64,000 nucleotides of DNA from Actinomycetota bacterium (lineage in GTDB: Bacteria; Actinomycetota; UBA4738; HRBIN12): the NCBI GenBank assembly GCA_026003015.1, contig BPGL01000001.1, forward strand, positions 1,006,717 to 1,070,716, in the 5' to 3' direction. Made by a program: the position numbers and the translations under genes. The notes beneath the pieces are model-generated. The model did not search any database. It was not told the origin of the DNA and worked only from the letters and a program-made list of their open reading frames with translations. Position 1 is the stretch's first letter, and every line of letters begins with the position of its first letter. Positions 11,627-21,870 of this stretch are shown here, in pieces.

Positions 11627-11754
11627 GCCTGCGCTCGCTCCTGGCCCGTCGTGCGGGGTGATCCGCACGCCCTCAATCCGGGCCAGCCCGATGCCGATGC
11701 CTACCTCGCGCCCGTCCGACGACGCCCGGACGGGCCCGGGAAGGGGGGATCCGC

Positions 11755-12663
11755 ATGGATCGACGCACGTTCCTGAAGCGGTCGGCCCTGGTCGGCGCCA
11801 CCCTCGCCGCGGCGCCGAACCTCGGCCTGGACAGCCTGGCGGCCACCCGGCGCAACGTCCGGTGGGGAGCGCTGTGCCTGCCGCGCTCGGGCCAGCGGGA
11901 CCAGATCGAGGCCGTGCAGGACCTCGAGGCCAAGGTCGGCCGCCGCTTCGACACGACGCACTACCGCCTGCGCTGGGAGCTCCCGCTCGTCAACGACTTC
12001 ACCCGCTGGAGCGTTCGGACCGGGCATACGCCGATCATCTCCTGGTTCACGCGCAAGCGGGGCGGCGGGATGGTGAGCTGGGAAGCGATCGCCCGCGGCG
12101 AGCACGACGAGTGGATCACGAAGCAAGCGCGGAGCCTGAAGGACGCCGGGTGGCGGGGCTACTTCTGCTTCCACAAGGAGCCGGAGAACGAAGGCAACGC
12201 CCAGGACTGGAAGGCGGCGCACGACCGCGTCTACCAGATCTTCCACAACGTCGGGGTCAGGTTCCGCTTCGTCGCTACCCTCACCGCCTACACGTTCGCC
12301 GGGGGCAACGGCGGCGCCGGCGCGTGGCTCCCGCCCCGCTACGACGTGATCGGGGTCGACGGCTACAACCGCTACCGGTGCACGAGGAAGGACTGGCGGA
12401 ACTTCTCGGAGATCTTCAGCCCGGCGCGCGAGGTGGCGCGACGGCGCGGGAAGAACCTGTACATCGTCGAGTACGGATCGACCGAGGGCGGCTCGGGCCA
12501 GAAGGCCGACTGGATCCACAACGCCCGACGCGCGATCAAGGATTGGCCGGAGGTCGTGGGATGCTCGTACAACCACGAGCACACCGACTGCCTCTACTAC
12601 GTGGACTCCTCGTCCTCGGCGCTCAAGGCCTTCCGCGAGATGGGCGCCGACCCGACGTTCTAG
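11755..12663 (+). CDS. Tat-secreted glycoside-hydrolase-like protein (GH26/GH5-clan-like)
   Basis: It has a twin-arginine signal RRTFLKRSALVGATLAAAP and a HKEPENEGN motif resembling the clan GH-A acid/base region. Confidence 0.5.
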   Translation: MDRRTFLKRSALVGATLAAAPNLGLDSLAATRRNVRWGALCLPRSGQRDQIEAVQDLEAKVGRRFDTTHYRLRWELPLVNDFTRWSVRTGHTPIISWFTRKRGGGMVSWEAIARGEHDEWITKQARSLKDAGWRGYFCFHKEPENEGNAQDWKAAHDRVYQIFHNVGVRFRFVATLTAYTFAGGNGGAGAWLPPRYDVIGVDGYNRYRCTRKDWRNFSEIFSPAREVARRRGKNLYIVEYGSTEGGSGQKADWIHNARRAIKDWPEVVGCSYNHEHTDCLYYVDSSSSALKAFREMGADPTF

Positions 12664-13460
12664 GCGTAGCCGTAGCGGGCCAGCTGCTCGCCGGCGACGT
12701 CCTCGAGGAGCGCGAGGAGCTCCGCATCGAGGGTCGAGCGCCACTGCCCGATCGTCCCGCGGCGAAACGTTGGGCTGTCGGCCGAGAACAGCCGCTCGCA
12801 GACCCGTCGCACGAGGTCGTCGTCGGGCTCGAGCCCGAGGTGGCGGTAGAGCCCGGCGACGGCCTCGCGCTGGCGCCGTGGGTCGCCCCCGCCGCGCGCG
12901 CCGACGAGGTCCTCGAAGCGGACGACCAGGACCCCAGGGGCCTCGAGCCAGCCGGCGTAGTCGGCGAGCCGTCGACCGATCGAGCGCAAGCCGCCGCGCT
13001 CGTCCCCGGCGATCGCGAGCCGCAGCCGCTCTCGCTCGTCGGCTCGGGCCGCGAACAGGCCGTGTGCCCAGTGGTCGGTTCGGCCCATCGCGTAGCGGGC
13101 CTGGGAGATCACGACGTCGCGGGGGTCGCGGACCAAGAAGACGCCCCGCACCGCCCGGCGCCGCAGGTCCCCCGGGTAGGCGGGGTCGAACCGCAGGTGG
13201 GCCAGCACGACCTCGCCGGGTCCGAGCCGGGCAAGCAGCCCGTCGAGCCCACCCCGCCCGAGCTTGGCGCCCGTGATCGTGGGCAGGATCTTGCGGTACA
13301 AGCGCGGGTGCAGGCACAGCGCCCGCTCCACCAGGTGGGTGCCCGCCTTCGGGATGCTCACGCCGAGGACCTTCGGAGCGCTTCGGTCCAGGGCGCGGGC
13401 GCGCAGCTTCGCCGGGGTCAGGCCGAACCGCTCGAGCGTCCAGCGGTTCGCCGGGATCAC
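12660..13460 (-). CDS. Sulfotransferase family protein (PAPS-dependent), paralog 1
   Basis: The 5'-PSB-like motif is SIPKAGTHLV and the 3'-PB-like motif is RDPRDVVIS. Confidence 0.75.
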   Translation of the reverse strand: MIPANRWTLERFGLTPAKLRARALDRSAPKVLGVSIPKAGTHLVERALCLHPRLYRKILPTITGAKLGRGGLDGLLARLGPGEVVLAHLRFDPAYPGDLRRRAVRGVFLVRDPRDVVISQARYAMGRTDHWAHGLFAARADERERLRLAIAGDERGGLRSIGRRLADYAGWLEAPGVLVVRFEDLVGARGGGDPRRQREAVAGLYRHLGLEPDDDLVRRVCERLFSADSPTFRRGTIGQWRSTLDAELLALLEDVAGEQLARYGYA

Positions 13461-14482
13461 ACCTGCGCCTCGCGCGGCGCGCGATCCTCCTCGAGCAGCT
13501 GCCCCTCCCCCGTGCGCTCGAACGCGAGGACCGCGCGAAGGACCATGTCGACCGAGCCCACCGGATCGACGCCCACGGCGGTCTCCGCCGCGAGCACGAG
13601 GCCGTGGACGCCGTCCAGGAGGGTGTTCGCGATGTCGTTGGCCTCCGCGATCGTCGGCTGCCGACTCGTGACCATCGACTCCAGCAGGTTCGTGGCGACG
13701 TAGACGGGGCGGTTCCAGCGGTTCGCCCGACGCACGATCGCCTTCTGGTAGTAGGGGACGTGTTCCAGCGGGACCTCGCGGGACAGGTCTCCCCGGTCGA
13801 TGATGATCGAGTCGGCGGCGCTGATGATCGCGTCCATGTCGCGCACCCCCTGTCGACTCTCGATCTTGGCCATGACGTGGGCGCCTGAAGGCGCCAGCTC
13901 TCGCAGGCGGGCGACGTCGCGCGCAGATCCCGCGAACGACAGCGCGTAGTGCGCGATGCCGTGGCGGGCACCGAGCTCGATCGCCCAGCGGTCCTTGGCC
14001 GAGAGCGCCGGCAGGGTCGGCGCGGGCGTGACCGTCGCGGCCTTGTTCGATCGGACCCGTCCACCGGCGACGACGGTGGCCAGGGCGCGGTCCGGCTCGA
14101 CGCCGTCGATCCGGAGCCTAGCGCCGTCGAAATCGAGCGTGACCTCGGCGCCCTCCACGAGGCCCTCGAAGACCGTGGCCGGCCACAGGGGGATCCGGTC
14201 GCAAGCCCCCACGATCTCCTCGGGCGTGAGCTCGACCGACGCCCCTTCGACGAGCACGACGTCGGCGGCCATGCGACCGCAGCGGACCTGCGGTCCTTCG
14301 GTGTCCAGGCAGATCGGGACGTCGGCCGCCGAGCGCACGAGCTCGATCATCGGCTCGATCTCGGTGAGGGCGGTGTGGGACAGGTTGATCCGGAACAGAT
14401 CCACCCCGCGGTCCCCGAGCGCCGCGATCACGGCGGGATCGAGCGATGCGGGGCCGAGGGTGCACAGGATCTTGATCCTCAT
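13457..14482 (-). CDS. Pyruvate-kinase-family protein, barrel domain only (about 340 aa, no C-terminal allosteric domain)
   Basis: It carries the PK signature motifs KILCTLGPAS, MAKIE and DRGDL. Confidence 0.75.
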   Translation of the reverse strand: MRIKILCTLGPASLDPAVIAALGDRGVDLFRINLSHTALTEIEPMIELVRSAADVPICLDTEGPQVRCGRMAADVVLVEGASVELTPEEIVGACDRIPLWPATVFEGLVEGAEVTLDFDGARLRIDGVEPDRALATVVAGGRVRSNKAATVTPAPTLPALSAKDRWAIELGARHGIAHYALSFAGSARDVARLRELAPSGAHVMAKIESRQGVRDMDAIISAADSIIIDRGDLSREVPLEHVPYYQKAIVRRANRWNRPVYVATNLLESMVTSRQPTIAEANDIANTLLDGVHGLVLAAETAVGVDPVGSVDMVLRAVLAFERTGEGQLLEEDRAPREAQV

Positions 14483-14554
14483 GAGGGCCCGAGTATAGGG
14501 AGGGCGCTGCGGCCGATACCTCGGGCGTTCGGCCGCAGGACGGGGCCGAAGGTC

Positions 14555-15352
14555 TCAGCGCGGTTCGAAGCTGATCCGGCCGGTCTTCTTCGCGAGGAGC
14601 CACGACGGGTTCCGCGCGTTCAGCCGCAGGCTGAGGGCCCGGCCGAGCAGGTAGGGCACGAGGCCCTCTCCCCCGTGGGCTACGCGGACCCGGCGGCTCT
14701 CCTGGCGCATGCGCTCGGGGTCCAGCGAGATCTGGCCCGGGTGCAGCCGGAACCGGCCCAGGACGCGGGGGAGGACGAGCGGAGGGGCGAGCTTCAGCGC
14801 CCGCGCGTACCAGTCGTAGTCGCCGCAGTTGCGGTAGGTGTCGTCGTACGGACCCACGCGTTCCAGGAAGCTCCGCCGCACCCACACGGTCTGCTGGGGG
14901 ATCGGGGACCAGCCGATCCCGAGGTAGGCGCGCAGGGACGGAGCGACGGGCCGCATGCGTCCGAGGACCCGGCCCGCCTCGTCGATGTACTCGACCGTCC
15001 CGATCACCCACTCGGCCTCCGGATGCGCGGCGAGGCCCTCGACCACCGCCTGCAGCGCCCCGGGCGCGATCTCGTCGTCGGCGTTGATGTAGCCGACGAC
15101 GTCGCCCTCGACGGCCGCGAGCCCCCGGTTGATGGCGTCGTACATCCCCCGGTCGTCGGTCGCGACGACCACCCGAGACGGGAAGGCGGCCGCGATCTCG
15201 AGCGTGCGGTCCTTCGACCCGCCGTCGACGATCACGTGGTCGATCCGTACGCCCTGCTGCCCCCAGATGGAGCGCAGGGTCGCCTCGAAGAACGCCTCGG
15301 CGTCGAGCGTGGGGGTGACGACGCCCACCGTCGTCGCTTCGTGGTCGGTCAT
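14555..15352 (-). CDS. Glycosyltransferase family 2
   Basis: GT2-like motifs are present (VVTPTLDAE ... DGGSKD ... DDE). Start chosen at MTDHEATT. Confidence 0.7.
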   Translation of the reverse strand: MTDHEATTVGVVTPTLDAEAFFEATLRSIWGQQGVRIDHVIVDGGSKDRTLEIAAAFPSRVVVATDDRGMYDAINRGLAAVEGDVVGYINADDEIAPGALQAVVEGLAAHPEAEWVIGTVEYIDEAGRVLGRMRPVAPSLRAYLGIGWSPIPQQTVWVRRSFLERVGPYDDTYRNCGDYDWYARALKLAPPLVLPRVLGRFRLHPGQISLDPERMRQESRRVRVAHGGEGLVPYLLGRALSLRLNARNPSWLLAKKTGRISFEPR

Positions 15353-15377
15353 CGGTCGTCCTGTAACGTAGGGGGCC

Positions 15378-16304
15378 GTGTCTGCCCCCCAACCGATCCT
15401 GGTAACGGGGTCCCACCGATCGGGCACCGGGTGGGTGGGACGCATCATAGCCGCCGCGCCGGAGCCGGCGATCGCCTACCTGTGGGAACCGTTCAGTCCG
15501 CTCGCTCGACCGGGGATCCGGGCGGCCCCCTTCGATCGATGGTTCACCTACGTGTGCCCGGATAACCAGGACCGCTACGAGAAGCCCCTGCGGGACATGC
15601 TGGCGTTCCGCTACCGATGGGACGCGGAGCTCCGGGCGGTCCGCACGCCGAAGGACGCGGCCCGCATGGTCCGCGACGCGGCTCGGTTCCGTCGGTTCCG
15701 CGCGGGCTCGGCGGTCCCGCTGCTCAAGGACCCGATCGCCGTCTTCTCCGCCGAGTGGATCGCCGACCGGCTCGGAGCTCGGGTCGTCGTCCTGATCCGC
15801 CACCCGGCGGCCTTCGCACACAGCGTCCGGCGCCGTGAACTGCACCACCCGTTCGCGGACTTCCTCGATCAGCCGCTGCTGCTGCGGGACCTGCTCGGCC
15901 CCTTCGAAGCGGAGATCCGCCGGTTCGCCGACGAGCCGCAAGGCCTCCTCGATCAAGGGATCCTGCTGTGGCGCCTGATCCACCACGCGATCGCGCTCTT
16001 CCGCGAGCGGCGACCCGACTGGCTCTTCCTCCGGCTCGAGGACGTGGCCGACGACCCGCTCGGCCGCTTCGAGGAGATCTACGCCGTCCTCGGGCTCCCC
16101 TTCGGGGACCGCGCCCGCGCCCTCGCGATCGAGACCAGCAGCCCCTCGAACCCCGTCGACGTGAACGACATGGCCTCCACGAGACGCGACAGCCGCGCGG
16201 CCGTACGGAGCTGGAAACGCGGGCTGTCCCCCGACGACGTGGCGCGGATCCGCGAACGGGTCGAGCCCCTCGCGAGCGAGTTCTACAGCGATGACGACTG
16301 GTGA
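15378..16304 (+). CDS. Sulfotransferase-family protein, paralog 2
   Basis: The P-loop-like motif is LVTGSHRSGTGWV and the RHP motif is VLIRHPAAFAHS. Confidence 0.6.
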   Translation: MSAPQPILVTGSHRSGTGWVGRIIAAAPEPAIAYLWEPFSPLARPGIRAAPFDRWFTYVCPDNQDRYEKPLRDMLAFRYRWDAELRAVRTPKDAARMVRDAARFRRFRAGSAVPLLKDPIAVFSAEWIADRLGARVVVLIRHPAAFAHSVRRRELHHPFADFLDQPLLLRDLLGPFEAEIRRFADEPQGLLDQGILLWRLIHHAIALFRERRPDWLFLRLEDVADDPLGRFEEIYAVLGLPFGDRARALAIETSSPSNPVDVNDMASTRRDSRAAVRSWKRGLSPDDVARIRERVEPLASEFYSDDDW

Positions 16305-17727
16305 GGGCGCCGTAGGCGACCCGCTCGAGGCCTCGATCGAGGAGGTCGAGTCCGAGGCCGCGTTCCACTCGCTCCGCCGTCGGATGCTCCGCGGCTCGGC
16401 GTGGGTGATGGCCGGCAAGGTCGCCACGATCCTGCTCGGGGTCGTGATCAACGGGCTGCTCGCCCGGCTCCTTCGGCCCGAGGAGCTCGGCGCGTACTTC
16501 ACGACCTACGCCCTCGTCGTGATCGGGAGCACGGTCGGTCAGCTCGGGTTCGACCGCGCGGTGGTGCGCTTCGTCTCGAGCTCGCTCGGAGCGGGGGACC
16601 CGGGACGGGCACGCTCTGCGATCCGTCAGAGCCTCATCTACGGGTCGCTCGGCGCGGCCTCGCTCGGGCTCCTCCTGGTCCTCGGCCTCGGCTCTTGGCT
16701 CGCCGAGCACGTGTATCGGTCCGAGCTCGTCGGCCGGATCATGCCGATCGCGGCCGGGTGGCTCGTCGCCGCGGCGCTCCAGTCGCTGTTCGTCGAGACC
16801 TTCCGCGGACTGCAGCGCTTCGACCTGGCGACCGTGCTCGACGCGCTGCTCGTCGACGTCTTGTCCGCGACCATCTTCGGAGCGCTGTTCCTGGCCGGCT
16901 CGGATACGGACCTGCGATCGATCGCGGCCCTGTCGGCCGGCGCCACGCTCGCGGTCACGATCGTGGCCGCCGGCTCGCTCGCCGGGCGCGTCCGGGGCCT
17001 GGGCGGCGACGGCAGGATCGAGCGCCGGGAGCTCGTGGCGTTCGCCTGGCCCATGTTGATCACGAACGTGGCCATCCTCCTGCTCGGTCGGGGGGTCGAC
17101 CTGTGGATCCTCGGCGCGTTCCGGGGCCAGGAGGACGTGGCGATCTACGGAGCCGCCTCACGTCTCATCGTCTTCGTGGCGACGCCGTTCTTGATCGTCC
17201 AGGGCGTCACGCCCCCGATCGTGGCCGAGCTGCACGCGCAGGGCCGGATCCGCGACATGGAGCGGGCGCTGCGGGGCGCGGCGACGATCGCGGGACTGCC
17301 CTCGTTCCTGGTCCTGCTCGTGTTCGTGGTGTTCGGGTCCACGGTGATGGGTCGGCTCTACGGACCCTTCTACGCGCAGGGAGCGACGGTGCTGGTGATC
17401 CTCGCGATCGGGCGGCTCGTGGCGGTGTGGACGGGCTCGTGCTCCGTGGCCTTGATGATGACGGGCCATCAGCGCGCGGCGATGACGGTGACGCTCGTCG
17501 CCGGCGTCGTGAGCGTGGCCGGCGGCCTCCTCGCCGCTCCGCTGTTCGGGCGGGTAGGGGTGGCGGTGACCACCTCGCTCGCGCAGATCGGGCAGAACCT
17601 CGTCCAGCTCCTGCTGGCCCGTCGGCGCGTGGGCGTCTGGACGCACATCGAGCTGTCCCCCCGACCGATCCTCGAGTTCCTCACCGGTCGGGGGCCGGTC
17701 GGGCGCGGCGTTCGGAGGGGCCGGTGA
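16291..17727 (+). CDS. Polysaccharide flippase (Wzx, MOP/PST family)
   Basis: It is about 12-TM, hydrophobic throughout, and its size and pattern fit PST transporters. Confidence 0.75.
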   Translation: MTTGEGAVGDPLEASIEEVESEAAFHSLRRRMLRGSAWVMAGKVATILLGVVINGLLARLLRPEELGAYFTTYALVVIGSTVGQLGFDRAVVRFVSSSLGAGDPGRARSAIRQSLIYGSLGAASLGLLLVLGLGSWLAEHVYRSELVGRIMPIAAGWLVAAALQSLFVETFRGLQRFDLATVLDALLVDVLSATIFGALFLAGSDTDLRSIAALSAGATLAVTIVAAGSLAGRVRGLGGDGRIERRELVAFAWPMLITNVAILLLGRGVDLWILGAFRGQEDVAIYGAASRLIVFVATPFLIVQGVTPPIVAELHAQGRIRDMERALRGAATIAGLPSFLVLLVFVVFGSTVMGRLYGPFYAQGATVLVILAIGRLVAVWTGSCSVALMMTGHQRAAMTVTLVAGVVSVAGGLLAAPLFGRVGVAVTTSLAQIGQNLVQLLLARRRVGVWTHIELSPRPILEFLTGRGPVGRGVRRGR

Positions 17728-18725
17728 GCATCCGGCCGATCTTCGTGCTGTCGCTCCCCAGGTCCGGATCGACGCTGGTCCAGCGGGTGCTCGCCGCCCA
17801 CGAGGGCGTCTCGACCGCGCCCGAGCCCTGGATCGTGCTCCCCCAGGTCTACGCCCTTCGCGGGCGGGGGGTGTACGCGGAGTACGGCCACGCGCTCGCC
17901 GCTCGCGCGCTTCGGGACTTCGCCGGTCGGCTGCCCGAGGGCGAGGCCACGTACTGGGCGGCGATCCGCGGTGCGATCGAACGGCTCTACGCGGCGGCCG
18001 CCGCGCCCGGCGACCGCTTCTTCGTCGACAAGACACCTCGCTACCACTTCGTGGTCGACGAGCTGTTCGCGCTGTTCCCCGAGGCCGCGTTCATCTTCCT
18101 GTGGCGCAACCCGTTGGCCGTGGTGGCCTCCACCGTGGAGACCTGGGGACGCGGCCGGTGGATGGTCGAGCGCTGGCGCGTGGACCTGTTCGACGGGCTC
18201 GACCGACTCGTCCGCGCCCGCGAGCGCTACGCGGATCGCGCCCACTCGGTGCGCTTCGAAGACCTCGTCGCGCGGCCCGAGGCCTCCTGGCCGCCGCTGT
18301 TCGCGGCGATGGGGATCGACTTCGACCCACGATCCCTCGAGCGGTTCGCTGAGGTCGACGTCGAGGCGCGGATGGGCGACCCCACCGGGCGTCGACGGTA
18401 CGCGACGCTTGCCACCGAACCGCTCGACCGGTGGAAGGCGACGATCCACTCACCGCTGCGTCGGCGATGGTGCCGCGAGTACCTGCGCTGGATCGGCGCC
18501 GAACGCCTCGCGACGATGGGCTACCGCCTCGAGGATCTGCTCCGAGAGCTCGAGGACGTGCCGGTGAGGATCCGGCCGCTCGGGTCCGACGTCGCCCGCA
18601 CCGCCTACGCGCGCGCGCTCCGCTGGGGGCGGAGCGCTGCCGGAGGGCTCCTGTGGAACGCGTCGAAGGGCGGGCAGGCCGGATCCCGCTACGAGCGGTC
18701 GAACGGCCAGACCTCGAGCCCGTGA
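17724..18725 (+). CDS. Sulfotransferase-family protein, paralog 3
   Basis: The GTG start overlaps the wzx stop (GTGA). The motifs are LSLPRSGSTLVQ and LWRNPLAVVAS. Confidence 0.7.
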   Translation: MSIRPIFVLSLPRSGSTLVQRVLAAHEGVSTAPEPWIVLPQVYALRGRGVYAEYGHALAARALRDFAGRLPEGEATYWAAIRGAIERLYAAAAAPGDRFFVDKTPRYHFVVDELFALFPEAAFIFLWRNPLAVVASTVETWGRGRWMVERWRVDLFDGLDRLVRARERYADRAHSVRFEDLVARPEASWPPLFAAMGIDFDPRSLERFAEVDVEARMGDPTGRRRYATLATEPLDRWKATIHSPLRRRWCREYLRWIGAERLATMGYRLEDLLRELEDVPVRIRPLGSDVARTAYARALRWGRSAAGGLLWNASKGGQAGSRYERSNGQTSSP

Positions 18726-19663
18726 ACGGCGTTGCGGACGTCCTTCGTGATCGTGACCGAGCGCAGCACCTGGGGCGGGTCGAGGGCGTAGGCGGTGACG
18801 GTCGCCGGCGAGGAGCCGCCGACCAGGACGCCGTCGCCCGCCAGGGTCAGGCCCCGCCCGAAGGCGGGCCGCGCGAGGTCGGCCGGGAGGTCGGCGTGCT
18901 CCAGCTCGTCGCGCTCCGGGCGCGGGATCGGCCAGGAGCGCAGCACCCGACCCCGCCGGTCGACCTGGACGATCCGGTCCGAGCGCGTGTGGTTCAGCAG
19001 CGCTCCGCGCTCGTAGGGCCGGGCGTTGTGCGAGCCGTAGGGGATCCGCGCCGTCGGCTCGATCCGTTCCCCTCGGATCGTCCACAGGGTCCCGAGGCCC
19101 GTGCCGGCGACGTGGATCCCATCCTCGTCCACCGTCACGCTGTTGATGTGACAGGTGTCTGCGGCGACCGGGCCGTCGGGGGCGTTCGGATCGAAGACCC
19201 GGAACGAGGGGCGCGGGCGCAGCTCCAGCCGGCGGCGGATCCGCCAGATCGGGGCGAACCGCAGGTGGTAGCCGCGGACGAACCGGCCCGCGTCGAGGTC
19301 GTACTCCAAGACCGCGTCGAACCCCGTCGAGGTCGCGTAGAGGCGTCCGTCGCGCACGAAGATCTCGTGACAATGGCGCAGGTAGGGATTGCGGAACGAC
19401 CCCACCCGTCGGAAGCTGGGATCGTAGACGAAGATCTCGTCGCTCGCCGCCAGGTACACGAGCCCCTCGTGGAACGCGATCCCCCGCAGCCCTCGGTCCC
19501 CGCCCCGGCCCTCCCAACTGATCGAGCGGTCGTTCCAGTCGAGCACCTGCTCGATCGCGCCCGTGGCGAGGTCGACGAGGTACACGCCCCCGTGGCTCTC
19601 GCCCTGGTAGGCCGAGCGGATCACGGAGCTGACGACGACGGTGGGAAGCGCCGGGGAGGACAT
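18689..19663 (-). CDS. Conserved hypothetical protein found in polysaccharide loci
   Basis: It is a 324-aa ORF with coherent composition. It overlaps the 3' end of the upstream sulfotransferase gene convergently. Confidence 0.45.
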   Translation of the reverse strand: MSSPALPTVVVSSVIRSAYQGESHGGVYLVDLATGAIEQVLDWNDRSISWEGRGGDRGLRGIAFHEGLVYLAASDEIFVYDPSFRRVGSFRNPYLRHCHEIFVRDGRLYATSTGFDAVLEYDLDAGRFVRGYHLRFAPIWRIRRRLELRPRPSFRVFDPNAPDGPVAADTCHINSVTVDEDGIHVAGTGLGTLWTIRGERIEPTARIPYGSHNARPYERGALLNHTRSDRIVQVDRRGRVLRSWPIPRPERDELEHADLPADLARPAFGRGLTLAGDGVLVGGSSPATVTAYALDPPQVLRSVTITKDVRNAVHGLEVWPFDRS

Positions 19664-19716
19664 CTCGCGCAGTATAGGGAGGACCGACTGGTATCCTCCG
19701 CTGTGGTCCGAAGGCG

Positions 19717-20982
19717 ATGGTGACCGACGCCCCCCCGCTCCACGCCGGCCGCACGCGTGCCCGCCCCAGCGACGGGTACCGCTACGCCCGCGCGCTCCTC
19801 GTGATCTTCCTCGTCACGGCCGTCGACGTCTTCAACCTCCTCGACCGCGCGAGCCGCGGCGGGCCGACCCGCTACGCGATCCTGCTCGTCCCCGCGGTCG
19901 CCGCCCTGGCGATCCGGACCCGGGGCTCCACGCTCGTGCGCCGACCCCGCACGCACGAACGCCTCCTGCTGATCCTGTTCGCCTTCGGGCTGCTCGGCAC
20001 GACCTACGGGATCGTGTTCCTGCACATCACGAGCACGGCCCGAGCGATCTTCCTTCCGATGTCGATCGCGATCCTCGCGCTGCTCGTCATCGAACCGATC
20101 CGCGAGGAGGAGGCGAGACGGCTCGTGCGCCTGATCGCCTGGATCGGGACGATCTACATCGTGCTGGGGGCGGTCACCTACTCAGGCCTCGCCGAGAGCC
20201 TCGCGGCGTACCGACAGTTCAAGAACGCCTCGTTCCCCTACACGATGCTCGGGATCAGCGCCGCCCTGCTGCTGGGGCACCGGGCGTGGGCGTTCGTGCT
20301 CGCCGGGCTGACCGCCGTGATCTTCTTCGGCTACCCGTCGGCCACCTCGGTCTTGATCATCTTGGTCACCGCGCTCACGTTCTTCGCGACGAGCACCCGG
20401 GCGTCGCGAACCCGCCCCTACCTGATCGCCGCCACGATCCTGGCGATCGGCGTGGCGGGCCTCGTGAACTTCAACTCGAGCGTCGAGATCGCCGACCGGT
20501 ACTTCGACGCCGTGGGCAAGCGGAACACCACCGCCGGCCGGCTGGAGTTCTGGACGAACGGCCTCGCGCAGTGGCGAGCATCACCGCTGATCGGCAGCGG
20601 GTTCGCCAGCGAGACCGTGATCGAGGCGAGCCGGAACCGCCGCTCCCCCTACCACAACGACTTCGTGCTGTTCCTCGCCGAAGGCGGGATCGTGGGGTGC
20701 GCGTTGTTCGTGAGCTGGCTCGTCCTGCTGCTGCGAGATCTCCTGCACCGGTACTTCGCGTTCGCGGACTCCGGCGCCGTCAGCCAGGCGCTCCTCGCTC
20801 GGCTCCTGCTCGTTGGCCTGGGGAGCTACGTCGTGTCGATGCTGTTCAACCCCGTGATCCAGGGGTTGTCACGCTCCGCCACGATCTTCGCCCTGGCCGC
20901 GATCTCCACCGCGCTCGGCCGGCCCGAGTCGGTGCCGGCCGAGACCGCGCTCGAGCGTCGATCGGCCCTCGTCCCTGCGTAG
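19717..20982 (+). CDS. O-antigen/EPS polymerase (Wzy / O-antigen-ligase-domain protein)
   Basis: It is multi-TM with an RLEFWTNGLAQWRASPLIGSGF periplasmic-loop motif. Confidence 0.7.
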   Translation: MVTDAPPLHAGRTRARPSDGYRYARALLVIFLVTAVDVFNLLDRASRGGPTRYAILLVPAVAALAIRTRGSTLVRRPRTHERLLLILFAFGLLGTTYGIVFLHITSTARAIFLPMSIAILALLVIEPIREEEARRLVRLIAWIGTIYIVLGAVTYSGLAESLAAYRQFKNASFPYTMLGISAALLLGHRAWAFVLAGLTAVIFFGYPSATSVLIILVTALTFFATSTRASRTRPYLIAATILAIGVAGLVNFNSSVEIADRYFDAVGKRNTTAGRLEFWTNGLAQWRASPLIGSGFASETVIEASRNRRSPYHNDFVLFLAEGGIVGCALFVSWLVLLLRDLLHRYFAFADSGAVSQALLARLLLVGLGSYVVSMLFNPVIQGLSRSATIFALAAISTALGRPESVPAETALERRSALVPA

Positions 20983-21870
20983 CCACGCGGGCAGGTCCTC
21001 GTACCCGTGGGCGCGCAGGATCGACGCGAGCCTCGCGTTGTGCGGTGCGAACAGCTCCTCCAGGTGACGCCGCGTCGCGGGATCCATCGTCTCGGGCGTA
21101 CGGCGCCGGTTCAGGGCGTAGTACGCCCGTCGGAGCGGAGCCTTGAGCCGTCGTCGTCCCCCCAGGAGCCGCTCACGGTTCAAGAACAGCGCCACCCGCT
21201 GCAGCAACCGACTGCGCACCAGCTCCGTCCGGTTCTCGATCGAGAAGGTGAACGAGCGAACGCACACCTCGTCGATCCCGAGCCAGCGCGCCAGATCGAC
21301 GACCACCGCCCTCGGGTCCTCGGCGAGGTGTTCGGCGAACACGACCCGCAGGTCGCCGCCGAACGACTCGAGCCAGGGCTCGATGTGGTCGGCGTAGACG
21401 CCACCCGCCAGGTGCCACCACGGTCGGGTCTCGGGCGTGAGCGGCGCTTGCTCCCGCCAGATGTGCTCGGATCGCTCCACGTAGGCCTCGAAGCTCAGGG
21501 TCTCGGGCACCGGCCCCAGGCGGCTCTTCGTGAAGCGGAACTGCGACCACAGTCGCTCTACGGGGTCTCGCAGGCTGATCACGACGCGGGGCCTACCGAG
21601 CAGGCGGCGCATCGCCTGGATCACGGGCGCCCCGCCGTGGAAGTACTGCGGGCTCGCCTCCATCGCGTACCGCTCGCCGCGGCAGTGCCGGAAGTGGCGC
21701 TCGTAGGTCTCGACGGGCGGCAGCTCCGTGCCGCCCTCGGTGAGCCCGGCGAAGTAGCGGATCTCCTTCTCGTCAGACGCGCAGATGTCGGGATGCTGGG
21801 ACAGGTACCAGAACAGCGAGGTCGTGCCGGCCTTGCCGACGCCGGCGATCACGAGGTTCGGGAGCGTCAC
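20869..21870 (-). CDS. Sulfotransferase family protein, paralog 4
   Basis: The motifs are IAGVGKAGTTSL and ISLRDPVERLWS. The 3' end overlaps wzy by about 110 nt. Confidence 0.75.
   Translation of the reverse strand: MTLPNLVIAGVGKAGTTSLFWYLSQHPDICASDEKEIRYFAGLTEGGTELPPVETYERHFRHCRGERYAMEASPQYFHGGAPVIQAMRRLLGRPRVVISLRDPVERLWSQFRFTKSRLGPVPETLSFEAYVERSEHIWREQAPLTPETRPWWHLAGGVYADHIEPWLESFGGDLRVVFAEHLAEDPRAVVVDLARWLGIDEVCVRSFTFSIENRTELVRSRLLQRVALFLNRERLLGGRRRLKAPLRRAYYALNRRRTPETMDPATRRHLEELFAPHNARLASILRAHGYEDLPAWLRRDEGRSTLERGLGRHRLGPAERGGDRGQGEDRGGA

Noticed and set aside
16401-18725. A 774-aa ORF spanning wzx and the third sulfotransferase
   Set aside because: Only the last 333 codons (17724..18725) look like a real sulfotransferase protein. 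The upstream part is an off-frame reading of wzx.
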